DNA of 50,246 nt from a virus (IMGVR_UViG_3300029183_000006:1-50246), one strand, 5' to 3'; shown: positions 35,970 through 43,821, numbered from the stretch's first letter. Numbers and translations are program-made. The notes: generated from the letters alone by a model not told the origin.

Positions 35970-37526
35970 ATGTCGTCATTGCTGCGGTTTGTTATTATGC
36001 CGGATGATACATTTTTTGCCATTGCAAATGAACTCGATGCTCTAAACGTCCGTCTGCGTGCTCTTGCCAGTGCATCGCCACCTCAAGAGCAAGACATCCA
36101 AGACCAAATCAATGCCGCTCGGCCCGGCGATGAAATCATTCTGGAGCCAAGCGTGCATTATGGCACGCTCAAGATCCAGGACAAGCCAGGCATTGCCATC
36201 AAGGCGCGCGTGCCGGGCGAAACGCGGATATCCGGGCTTTGGAAGGAAGCGGATCAAGGCGAGGTCGAATGGATGTCCAAATGGGGTGCATGGGCGGCTG
36301 ATCATGGCGATAGTCATCTTGTCAGTTCAGGCGATGCTTTTCTGTTCCGTTATGGCGGCGAGCGGCCTGTTGATCTGCTGAAGTCGAATACGATTGAGGT
36401 TGCTGGCAAGACTTACAAGAAACCACCATTCGGCTATGCCTTTCATCCAGAGGCGCAGCAAATTTTCGTCCAGCTTCCAGACGAAGCTGATCCTAACGGA
36501 AAGCAAATCAAGTTTTGCGACAAGCCGGCTCAGACACTGATCGATGTGCAGAACAGTCCGGATATCATGCTTGATGGGATTTTCATCGAAGGATCCGGCG
36601 ACACTGATGCTATCAAGTTTGATGAACGCTCTGAAGCTCCGACGCTTCGAAACTGTGTCTTCACCCATTGCCGTCGTGCGGCACGTTTACCTCATGCGTC
36701 GACCGTTGAATGGTGTGAATACACCTATTCCGGTTTTTGGAATTTTTACCAGTATCTTCGTGGGCTAAACGGTGAAGGCACGGCGGCGCTATTTAATATG
36801 GCGAAGCATCATTGGACTGCTGGGTCAGGCAATTCAATGCTAGAGGGTGGGTTCGCCGAAAGTATCTATCCGAGTGGATCAAGAGGATGTGAGTTTCGTT
36901 ATAATTTCTATCACGGCACGTTTGATGGCTTTCGTATGGGCGCTTTTGTTGGCACGAACAGTCATCACAATGTCTATTGGCGAAATGTAGACAACCATAT
37001 TGAATTCGAGAGCCATGAAAGTAACCGATCAACCGGCGGCAATTACGAACATGACAGTTTGTTGTTGGACTGTCCGGCTGCCCCAGTCAGTCATCAAGAT
37101 AACTCTGGTGGCATGGTCGGCGAACATTGGCTGGCCCATTGCGTGATCGCCAATCGCGAGGTTGCCGCGCCGTTTATGATCAAGTTGATGAATGTCAAGA
37201 ATCGAATTGGGTACGCCCATTGCGACTTTGAACTCAAGGCTGGCCATCATGAAGATTGGAATGATTCGAACATGCTAGCACGCGGTATGAAAGGTCAAGA
37301 TGTCCCTTCATGGCTGCAGATCTATAATTGCATGATCACTGGCGATCAGCCTCAAACGATGCGCGGAACTCCGGTGATCAAGAATATGGCGCCAGCACGC
37401 AATACGGTTGCAGCGATTGACTTACCGGACGACTGGCTGGCTCGGGAGCATTCGTTTGCCGGTGCGGATCGACCAGGAGATCTGACAGACTGGCCAAGAC
37501 CGATGAGGAGGGTGTTTGATCGATGA
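35970..37526 (+). CDS. right-handed beta-helix (pectin-lyase-like) enzyme
   Basis: IQD.INAA.PGD.I.L, repeated N/D ladders (HN......DN.IE.E); start may be 35997. Confidence 0.65.
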   Translation: MSSLLRFVIMPDDTFFAIANELDALNVRLRALASASPPQEQDIQDQINAARPGDEIILEPSVHYGTLKIQDKPGIAIKARVPGETRISGLWKEADQGEVEWMSKWGAWAADHGDSHLVSSGDAFLFRYGGERPVDLLKSNTIEVAGKTYKKPPFGYAFHPEAQQIFVQLPDEADPNGKQIKFCDKPAQTLIDVQNSPDIMLDGIFIEGSGDTDAIKFDERSEAPTLRNCVFTHCRRAARLPHASTVEWCEYTYSGFWNFYQYLRGLNGEGTAALFNMAKHHWTAGSGNSMLEGGFAESIYPSGSRGCEFRYNFYHGTFDGFRMGAFVGTNSHHNVYWRNVDNHIEFESHESNRSTGGNYEHDSLLLDCPAAPVSHQDNSGGMVGEHWLAHCVIANREVAAPFMIKLMNVKNRIGYAHCDFELKAGHHEDWNDSNMLARGMKGQDVPSWLQIYNCMITGDQPQTMRGTPVIKNMAPARNTVAAIDLPDDWLAREHSFAGADRPGDLTDWPRPMRRVFDR

Positions 37527-37786
37527 AACGAGTAACGATCGAGGAAATTGAAGAGAAAGTTGCCAATGTTGAATACATTTTTCCAGAGTCTTGTCCGCGC
37601 ATGACCCTTTGCGTATTGACCATGCAGAACGGATTCTCGATATCCGGCCAAGCGGTCGCTGCCGATATCGAGAATTTCAATGAAAATTTAGGTAGGGAAA
37701 TGTCACGCAAGGATGCACTGACTAAGATGTGGCCAATCGAGAGTTATTTGCGGTTTGAAAAAGAGGACAATGATGACGCTTCTTAA
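37523..37786 (+). CDS. phage Gp49/Gp66 family protein
   Basis: RVT...IE..........T.CVL...NGF...G..A....ENF....G...AL.K.WP.E.YL. Confidence 0.8.
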   Translation: MKRVTIEEIEEKVANVEYIFPESCPRMTLCVLTMQNGFSISGQAVAADIENFNENLGREMSRKDALTKMWPIESYLRFEKEDNDDAS

Positions 37787-37930
37787 AACCGCAAAGGTCA
37801 CATGCAAATTTATTGTCGGTTATCGAGGGCATGAAAATCGCTTGTTCGTTTGTGGTCCCAATTGGTGGCAGCTAACCTTTCCTTTCAGTAGGGGGCGTCC
37901 GAGGCTGTCGTTGATCTGGACAAATCACTC

Positions 37931-38056
37931 ATGAACCTCATCATTTCCCTGCTCGTTTTTCCTGTCGTCGTTCCAATCTGCATTGCGATCATTGGCACGA
38001 TGGCGACGATCTATGCGATCGGCATGACCATCAATGGTGGCCGGCTTGAGGATTAG
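37931..38056 (+). CDS. 41-aa single-TM peptide (not in ORF track)
   Basis: MNLIISLLVFPVVVPICIAIIGTMATIYAIGMTINGGRLED; ATGA-coupled to a 54-aa ORF at 37770..37934. Confidence 0.45.
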   Translation: MNLIISLLVFPVVVPICIAIIGTMATIYAIGMTINGGRLED

Positions 38057-38059
38057 CTT

Positions 38060-38362
38060 ATGACGACACCGATACCAGATCAATGGTTTAAGGCTGGATG
38101 TAAGCCAAGTCGTGTTATCCCGCCTGAACAGCCTGAAGGTGTCGATATTCTGATGCATATGCCTATCGCTGGCTGGGAAGCGCTATGGCATGCTTATCGT
38201 CACGCCATGGCTGGTGATGTTGTGGGTCTGGCTGTTATCGCTATCCACAAGGATCAAAGCATTTACAAAGAGGCATGCACAGGGGTTGCTGGCGATCCCT
38301 TCACACTGGCAGGCGCTTTGGACAAGTTGAAAAATGATCTTTTGATGGCGGCAGATTCATGA
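38060..38362 (+). CDS. hypothetical protein
   Basis: ATGA-coupled to the endolysin. Confidence 0.55.
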   Translation: MTTPIPDQWFKAGCKPSRVIPPEQPEGVDILMHMPIAGWEALWHAYRHAMAGDVVGLAVIAIHKDQSIYKEACTGVAGDPFTLAGALDKLKNDLLMAADS

Positions 38363-38916
38363 CCACTATTTCTTGGCTTCATCAGGTCATTGTTAAGCCA
38401 ACGCTGGATTTTATGGCACTGCATTCCGATAAGCCATGGATTGCCTCAGAAAATGCTCAAGTCTTGATGCTAGGTATTGCGGCCGTGGAAAGCAATCTTC
38501 AGCATACTCGGCAAATTGCAGAGCTGCGCGCTGATTTAAAGCATGTTGAAGGGCCGGCCCGTTCTTACTGGCAAGTGGAACCAGCAACGGCGATCGACGT
38601 TCTAAGTAGGCGTCGAAGATCTATGCATGCTGCAATTGATCCGTTTCTGCCGCCTGATGGGCCGATCGGTTCGCCTCAATTCCAAGATGCCATGCGTCAC
38701 AGCCAGTCATTTGGATGCTGTTTGGCGCGTTTGAAAATCATGGATGCGTCGCCAGCTATTCCAAACTGGGTTGAGGTTGGAGAACAAGGGCAGTACTGGA
38801 AACTTTACTACAACAGCCTTCATGGTGCCGGTCATCCTGATGATTACGGTCATGCCTTTGCTCGCCATAAAATCATGAACTATGCTGAAGAAATCTTCGG
38901 GGGAGCATCTGTGTAA
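38359..38916 (+). CDS. endolysin, lysozyme-like/transglycosylase fold
   Basis: L.G.AAVES, GPA..YWQ.EPAT, ARL, YWK.YYNS..GAG motifs. Confidence 0.75.
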   Translation: MTTISWLHQVIVKPTLDFMALHSDKPWIASENAQVLMLGIAAVESNLQHTRQIAELRADLKHVEGPARSYWQVEPATAIDVLSRRRRSMHAAIDPFLPPDGPIGSPQFQDAMRHSQSFGCCLARLKIMDASPAIPNWVEVGEQGQYWKLYYNSLHGAGHPDDYGHAFARHKIMNYAEEIFGGASV

Positions 38917-39743
38917 TGCGCATCAAAGTTTTAGATGACAACGGTATTGAGCGGTGGGCGCCAAAAGATGAGGTGTTCGGTCTCTCGCCTGTCGATCCTG
39001 ATCCCGCCATCTTTCACGAAACATTCTCCGAACTCTCCATCGAAGATGCTTGGGCGCCAACAACCGGTGCTACCTGGGTCGATGCTTGGGTAAAATGGCG
39101 TGTGCGTCATCTAAACGGCAACGATGATAAGGGTTGGAAAGTTCATATCCCCGGTGAGACTCATGAGATCGTCGAGGATGGTCTTGCGATGCGCGGGATC
39201 AATAAATCCGTGCAGGAGGGGTTCCCCTGGACGGCCGCGATGATTTCTACCGAGCGATCCTTTGCTATGGAGGAGGGTCAGCGGATCAACGTGACGCTGA
39301 AGATTACGCAGATGTCGCCTGGCGGGCATTTCAGCCTATGGCTCCTGGAATCCAAAACCGGCAAATGGCCGCCTGAAATCGATCTGCTCGAAGTTGTTGG
39401 CAGCAATCTCACTTTTCCTGACGGGCCGGTTAATCTCTATAGCGTAAACGGGCTTCGTCCTGATCGAGGCGGGCCAAACATTACTTTCGTTGATCATGAG
39501 CCGGATTTTTGGGATAAATTCCACACGTTCTCATTCGTATGGGGCAAAGACGTCATTCGCTGGCTAGTGGATAACGAGGAGGTGAGGGCGCAGCCGAATT
39601 TTCTGACCAGTCAGCCGATGTATTTTCTGGCAACGTGGGAGCTCGGAGCGTCGAGGAATCAGGACTTCCCTGGACCGGTGAATGATGTGACGGTCTGGCC
39701 GTTTGAGGTGATTATGAAAGAGGTTAAAGTGACGAAGATTTAG
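38916..39743 (+). CDS. glycoside hydrolase family 16
   Basis: WPPEIDLLE catalytic ExDxxE motif, FHTF...W....I.W.VD, PMY. Confidence 0.85.
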   Translation: MRIKVLDDNGIERWAPKDEVFGLSPVDPDPAIFHETFSELSIEDAWAPTTGATWVDAWVKWRVRHLNGNDDKGWKVHIPGETHEIVEDGLAMRGINKSVQEGFPWTAAMISTERSFAMEEGQRINVTLKITQMSPGGHFSLWLLESKTGKWPPEIDLLEVVGSNLTFPDGPVNLYSVNGLRPDRGGPNITFVDHEPDFWDKFHTFSFVWGKDVIRWLVDNEEVRAQPNFLTSQPMYFLATWELGASRNQDFPGPVNDVTVWPFEVIMKEVKVTKI

Positions 39744-39749
39744 ATTTTT

Positions 39750-39890
39750 CCCGCATTATTCGTTCTTCAAGAGCGATCTCAACAGAATTTGGAATTTCAA
39801 CTAGGCCATCAATCTTGTTGATGTAACTTTCACCGGAGTCTGCGATAATCTGGCCGTTCTGAGCCTTTAGACGCTATCACGATACAACTG
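39750..39890 (-). pseudogene. DUF1508/YegP-like remnant
   Basis: RLKAQNGQIIADSGESYINK follows in-frame stops; QLYRD lies in another frame just upstream. Confidence 0.5.
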
Positions 39891-39912
39891 GCACCACACA
39901 AGGGTTATCCCT

Positions 39913-40155
39913 ATGGAAGAGTTTCGAACGTACCTGTTCAGCTATGCCCACGACGGCGCACGCTGGAGCTTTGAAATCAAAGCCAGGGATAAGGACGACG
40001 CCATTTCTAGGCTTAATCGAATCCCCTTTGCCGCGTACGATGGAGAGCTGATCGCCAACATTCCGGCTTCGCCGTCATCGATTTGGCAGACAATTTCGCG
40101 ACGCTTTTGCGCGCTGGTCGGTTGGCCGCATTTGACTTGTCTGCATCGGCGCTAG
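39913..40155 (+). CDS. small hypothetical protein
   Basis: 80-aa ORF: YLFSY..DG..W..EI.A....DA..R.......YDG. Confidence 0.55.
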   Translation: MEEFRTYLFSYAHDGARWSFEIKARDKDDAISRLNRIPFAAYDGELIANIPASPSSIWQTISRRFCALVGWPHLTCLHRR

Positions 40156-40164
40156 CGCCAATAT

Positions 40165-40330
40165 GGGGCGGCAGATTCGCAGTCTGGTGCCGCCCCTTCA
40201 TCGGAGGTTTGCGAATGGAGCCGCCCTAGTGAGTGAACGGGCCATGTTCGACTAGGCGAAGCTATAGTTTCCGCGTCTGGTTTTCAGGCCTGCACGCGGA
40301 AATGCGGTTTGATTCCCGTCAGGGGCACCA
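40165..40330 (+). ncRNA. candidate structured RNA with tRNA-like 3' end
   Basis: Three strong hairpins then GGTTTGATTCCCGTCAGGGGCACCA (T-loop-like plus CCA). Confidence 0.4.
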
Positions 40331-40371
40331 CACACTTCGCCTTGAATATAGGACGAAAAATCCAATCAGGC

Positions 40372-40410
40372 AAAACAAAACCCGCCTCAGTTTTTGGAGG
40401 GAAGGCGGGT
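40372..40410 (-). terminator. intrinsic terminator (leftward)
   Basis: ACCCGCCT/AGGCGGGT 8-bp stem followed on the minus strand by a T-rich tract. Confidence 0.7.
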
Positions 40411-40485
40411 GAGTTGGGGGCTATGGCGTGCAGGACAACCTTGCTCTATGAGTGGAAGCACACCGTCCGGTTTTATGACCCGGTA
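40372..40485 (-). ncRNA. candidate small RNA
   Basis: Bounded by a promoter (40491-40518) and the terminator; structured; no ATG ORF. Confidence 0.5.
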
Positions 40486-40490
40486 TATTA

Positions 40491-40518
40491 ATGGTAGGTT
40501 TGGTTTGGCGGGAGTCAA
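40491..40518 (-). promoter_or_regulatory. sigma70-like promoter
   Basis: Minus strand TTGACT-16 bp-TACCAT. Confidence 0.5.
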
Positions 40519-40534
40519 GGTGATAGATGGACGC

Positions 40535-40768
40535 TTAACCATCATAATATGCCATCAGGAGGTCATCGATTGTCCAGCCCGGCTTAATGGTGACAGTCAT
40601 CCAACCAAGATCGAAATGGCATTCTCGATCGATGTCATTGATGAATTCAATTGATTTCTCTCGAAACTCACCAACAGTCATTGCTTGTGGGACTTTGATA
40701 AGAAGATGTGTGCCGAAGTCGTGATCAATTTTAAATGTAGGCGGTACGAGCTTTAGATTCAGAGTCAC
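40535..40768 (-). CDS. hypothetical protein
   Basis: Last coupled ORF of the leftward arm. Confidence 0.5.
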   Translation of the reverse strand: MTLNLKLVPPTFKIDHDFGTHLLIKVPQAMTVGEFREKSIEFINDIDRECHFDLGWMTVTIKPGWTIDDLLMAYYDG

Positions 40769-40938
40769 AACAACCGCTTCTTCTCTTGCAAATACCGCCG
40801 CGCTTCTCGCGTCATCAGCACGACATCAAACATATCACGATCGGTCTCGCCTTCGTTGATCGCATCCACGGCTTGGCATTCGATCCAGTCGTTGAGGCGT
40901 TGGACGTAGGGCATGAGGAGTTTGAAGATGCGAGTCAT
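40765..40938 (-). CDS. hypothetical protein
   Basis: GGAGG RBS before the ATG at 40938 (MTRIFK). Confidence 0.5.
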   Translation of the reverse strand: MTRIFKLLMPYVQRLNDWIECQAVDAINEGETDRDMFDVVLMTREARRYLQEKKRLL

Positions 40939-41069
40939 TTGTTCCTCCCAACGCGATTTAGAGCGCCGATCAGGGCTTCGATGATCTCTGATATTGCGAT
41001 GCTCCAACCAATGAGCCCGGCAAGAAACAAAACGCCAACAACGAGAAAGAACCAATCAATGATTTCCAT
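40935..41069 (-). CDS. 44-aa membrane peptide (not in ORF track)
   Basis: MEIIDWFFLVVGVLFLAGLIGWSIAISEII...; coupled on both sides. Confidence 0.45.
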   Translation of the reverse strand: MEIIDWFFLVVGVLFLAGLIGWSIAISEIIEALIGALNRVGRNK

Positions 41070-41226
41070 CACCTTTCTTTCCTAACCATCGCCCGAAACG
41101 TCTTTGCATCCTTCTCAAGCTCTTTCGGCACGCGACATCCTAAGAAAACTGGAAAAAGAATCTCGCCTTCATCCGCGCCGCATTCTTTAGCGATTTGTTG
41201 GGCGTAGGTGCTGAGGGGTGGGGCGA

Positions 41227-41523
41227 TCATTGGGGGTTGTTACTTAGATTACGAATATCGAGCATTTGTCGATAAAATTGTTCACGATCTATTGCCTGCT
41301 TGCCAATTTGATAAGGCACATAACGGTGGCGCTTTGGCATTGCAGAAGGAGAATCATCAACAAACCATTCATAGAACTTCGCCACGATGTCATCGAAATC
41401 CCAACGCAACAGAAGCTCAAATTGAGTTGTCGGGGCAAACAGCCATTCGATGGTTTCCCATTCTTCTTCTCTGACTGCTTTCTCTGCGGCCATTGACATA
41501 ATCGATTCAACCGTTGCCATCAT
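41227..41523 (-). CDS. hypothetical protein
   Basis: Strong GGAGAGGTG RBS. Confidence 0.55.
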   Translation of the reverse strand: MMATVESIMSMAAEKAVREEEWETIEWLFAPTTQFELLLRWDFDDIVAKFYEWFVDDSPSAMPKRHRYVPYQIGKQAIDREQFYRQMLDIRNLSNNPQ

Positions 41524-41873
41524 CTCACCTCTCCTGTGCCCGAATATGTGCCCGTTTCTGGTTCAGAGTAAACATTAGGCAAGCTGCATGTTGTAGGGAT
41601 TCCAAGGGCCGTGTGCCCGCTTGTGTTCCCGCTAGATTGGGCATATTTGCGACGAATTGCGCGCTCATCAAATGATTGCGAAAAAATGAACACACCACTA
41701 ACATCTTGATTTTCAAGAAAATTTGGCGGAGGGAGAGGGATTCGAACCCTCGGTGGGGTCGCCCCCACAACGGTTTTCGAGACCGATATGGCATAGTGTG
41801 AACGGGCACATGCTATGTTCGAAAAACTTAATTTTCTTAACATGTTATGGCGATATGTTAAAAAATTTGTCAT
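41520..41873 (-). CDS. attP-spanning ORF (uncertain)
   Basis: 117 codons open across the tRNA fragment; ATGA overlaps at both ends. Confidence 0.3.
   Translation of the reverse strand: MTNFLTYRHNMLRKLSFSNIACARSHYAISVSKTVVGATPPRVRIPLPPPNFLENQDVSGVFIFSQSFDERAIRRKYAQSSGNTSGHTALGIPTTCSLPNVYSEPETGTYSGTGEVR
41699..41711 (-). promoter_or_regulatory. IHF binding site in attP
   Basis: AATCAAGATGTTA matches WATCAANNNNTTR. Confidence 0.65.
41724..41785 (-). mobile_element. attP core: 3' part of tRNA-Ser(CGA)
   Basis: CGGTCTCGAAAACCG anticodon arm, long variable arm, GGTTCGAATCC T-arm and CCA; no D-arm or 5' acceptor strand upstream; near the integrase. Confidence 0.9.
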
Positions 41874-42178
41874 TTTAAACCGTTGTGGTTGTGCCCGTTT
41901 GTGTCATTTTTTGATGCGTGATTTGTGGCGGGTTGCGTGGCGATTTCTAATCTCTGTGCTCCACATGTCAGCACGAAATATGCTTCATTTCCAGTTTCAT
42001 CGTGCACAACATCACAACGATTAAATCCGTTGCATGACTTAACCGTGACCAGATCGCCAAGCTTGGCAAATCCAGGAGCACCCATGCCCGTAATTCTAAG
42101 CTTATCGCCAGGATTGATTTCAGAGTATCTGATCATTTCATATCCTCCCAAAATGCTTCTAGACCTTGATTTTGGCAA
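41870..42178 (-). CDS. hypothetical protein (SH3-like beta fold possible)
   Basis: GGAGG RBS before an internal ATG (MIRYSEI); PGDKLRI motif. Confidence 0.5.
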   Translation of the reverse strand: MPKSRSRSILGGYEMIRYSEINPGDKLRITGMGAPGFAKLGDLVTVKSCNGFNRCDVVHDETGNEAYFVLTCGAQRLEIATQPATNHASKNDTNGHNHNGLK

Positions 42179-42327
42179 AGTTTGATGCGCCTTTCCATTT
42201 CTTCGTCATTAGGTTGAGTCCAATGCTCACGAGCAAATCCGTCTTGGTGCTTGCAATGTCCTGGTTTCCATTTAGGACTTCGATAGCACAAGCGTCTCCA
42301 GTGTGTTATGTTATTGAAATTAATCAT
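42133..42327 (-). CDS. hypothetical protein
   Basis: ATGA-coupled to the upstream ORF. Confidence 0.35.
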   Translation of the reverse strand: MINFNNITHWRRLCYRSPKWKPGHCKHQDGFAREHWTQPNDEEMERRIKLCQNQGLEAFWEDMK

Positions 42328-42647
42328 TTTTTTGAAACTGTGCTCCCGTTTGTGTCATTTTGGTTTATGCGGGTTGCATTGGATTGCGTGGCCACGCTAT
42401 CCCACGTCCAAGCGTCAGTCTTACCGTACCAATCATCTCTAGCCTTGGTAGCTTCATCGAACGCATAAAGGCAGGACGCTAAATAGTTAGCAAGAATAAA
42501 GTCGGGTGTGCCCGACCCATTCTCCATACTGTAAGAGTTAATCAGACTGTTGAGTTCGTGTCTGAAGTTTGACCTATTGTCGCCGATTGAATCTGCCGCT
42601 GTATCAGGCTTCTCATTGTCCGTCTGTTTTTTCGTATTCGCCATCAC
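42324..42647 (-). CDS. conserved phage hypothetical protein
   Basis: F..EL..LIN.YS.ENGS.TPDFILA.YL..CL..F......RD.WYG motif; coupled to the integrase stop. Confidence 0.65.
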   Translation of the reverse strand: MMANTKKQTDNEKPDTAADSIGDNRSNFRHELNSLINSYSMENGSGTPDFILANYLASCLYAFDEATKARDDWYGKTDAWTWDSVATQSNATRINQNDTNGSTVSKK

Positions 42648-43645
42648 CCAACTCCCATCTTCGCCCGCTCCGCCATCTCCGGCGGAATATGGGCCAGGTA
42701 CATTTCGGTCACCGCGATCGAACCATGTCCAAGAATCTGCTGCAGCCGGTAGACCGACCCGCCGGCCTTGAGATAATCGACCGCGAACTTGTGTCGTAAA
42801 TCATGCGTTTTCCATGTGATCCCGAGGCTTCGTCTTATCGCGGCGAGTTGCGTTGAGGCTTGCGTGTATCGCTGCCCGTTGCCATGCCAGAACACGAAAT
42901 CGGATTTTATGTGCCTGGGGCAATCATGGATTGCGGCGAGCGCCATCTGGTTAAGAGGAACGGCTCGTCGCTTTTTGCCTTTACCGACCACATCGGCAAA
43001 TGGCTGACCGTCACCACGGTTGATGTTCGTCCATCGAAGATTTGCCGCCTCACTGAGTCGTGTGCCAGAATAGAGCAGAAAGCGTGCCATGTGGTTGAGT
43101 GGGACATGACATCGTTTGATGAATTTTTTGATTTCGACATCGCTTGGCAAAACAATCGGATCGCGACGTTCCTTAACGATGACAGCGTGATCGGTGGTCC
43201 TGACAGGATTCGAAGTTAGCCAGCCCCAGGCTGTTGCTGCACGCAATACTTGGCTGACAGCGGTCAAATCGCGGCGCCTCGTTGCCGGTGTTGGACCTAC
43301 GCGCTGAGCAATCGCCATCACTTCATCATGTCCGATATCAGCAAGGCGTTTTTTAGTCAGCATGGGTTGAACCTGTCGGAAGCTGACCAGATAACGCTTG
43401 GCGGTATTCTCGGAGACATTGTGAGGTAAAACTTCCTGCAGATAGCGCGCTAAGGCTTCGTCCCATGTGTAAGGCTTGCCTTCGCCGAAATGGGCCTTGG
43501 CATCTTCCTGCGCTTTCCATGACGCTAGTCGTCGTTTCGCTTCGGTTTTAGAAGTCGTGCGCAGAGATCGGCGGAACTCTCGGCCGCCGGATCGAAATCG
43601 CCCCCACCATGGCCCGTTTGGCTTGCGTTTGTAGATATCTGCCAT
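42644..43645 (-). CDS. int: tyrosine integrase
   Basis: SGTRLSE (R), GKG.K.R (K), HDLRH, LGH, TEMY catalytic residues; N-terminal arm-binding domain. Confidence 0.95.
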   Translation of the reverse strand: MADIYKRKPNGPWWGRFRSGGREFRRSLRTTSKTEAKRRLASWKAQEDAKAHFGEGKPYTWDEALARYLQEVLPHNVSENTAKRYLVSFRQVQPMLTKKRLADIGHDEVMAIAQRVGPTPATRRRDLTAVSQVLRAATAWGWLTSNPVRTTDHAVIVKERRDPIVLPSDVEIKKFIKRCHVPLNHMARFLLYSGTRLSEAANLRWTNINRGDGQPFADVVGKGKKRRAVPLNQMALAAIHDCPRHIKSDFVFWHGNGQRYTQASTQLAAIRRSLGITWKTHDLRHKFAVDYLKAGGSVYRLQQILGHGSIAVTEMYLAHIPPEMAERAKMGVG

Positions 43646-43821
43646 GACCGTTCTTCCTCCTCAATCCATTGGTCAATGGCCTCGGCATCGAATGAAAGTT
43701 GCCCGCCAATCTTCGCGGCTCGTGGAATCTGACCAGAATGGGCCATCCGTCGAACCGTCGCTTGATGCACGCCGAGGCGGGCAGCGAGACTAGCGACATT
43801 GATGCGGGTTGGCGAGGGCAT
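43525..43821 (-). CDS. xis: excisionase-like HTH protein
   Basis: LA..LGV...TVRR....G.IP.A.KIG....F....I..W; overlaps the integrase start. Confidence 0.75.
   Translation of the reverse strand: MPSPTRINVASLAARLGVHQATVRRMAHSGQIPRAAKIGGQLSFDAEAIDQWIEEEERSWQISTNASQTGHGGGDFDPAAESSADLCARLLKPKRNDD

Larger units (their letters stand above)
41535..41897. repeat. integrase arm-type site repeats TGTGCCCG
   Basis: Copies at 41535, 41547, 41612, 41624 (TGTTCCCG), 41803 (inverted) and 41890, flanking the att core; paired copies 12 bp apart. Confidence 0.7.

Noticed and set aside
40165-40330. tmRNA
   Set aside because: Too short, no tag reading frame, and the 5' GGGGC cannot pair with the 3' GGGGCACCA as an alanine acceptor stem
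40425-40470. HDV-like (theta) ribozyme next to the tRNA-like element
   Set aside because: P1/P2/P3-like pairings exist, but the connectivity and the P1.1/P4/catalytic-C segment do not fit, and it is on the opposite strand
41724-41815. Complete phage tRNA-Ser gene
   Set aside because: No D-arm or 5' acceptor strand upstream of the anticodon arm; interpreted as attP core
41535-41897. CRISPR-like repeats
   Set aside because: Only 8-bp units, irregular spacing, mixed orientation, no cas genes; fits integrase arm sites
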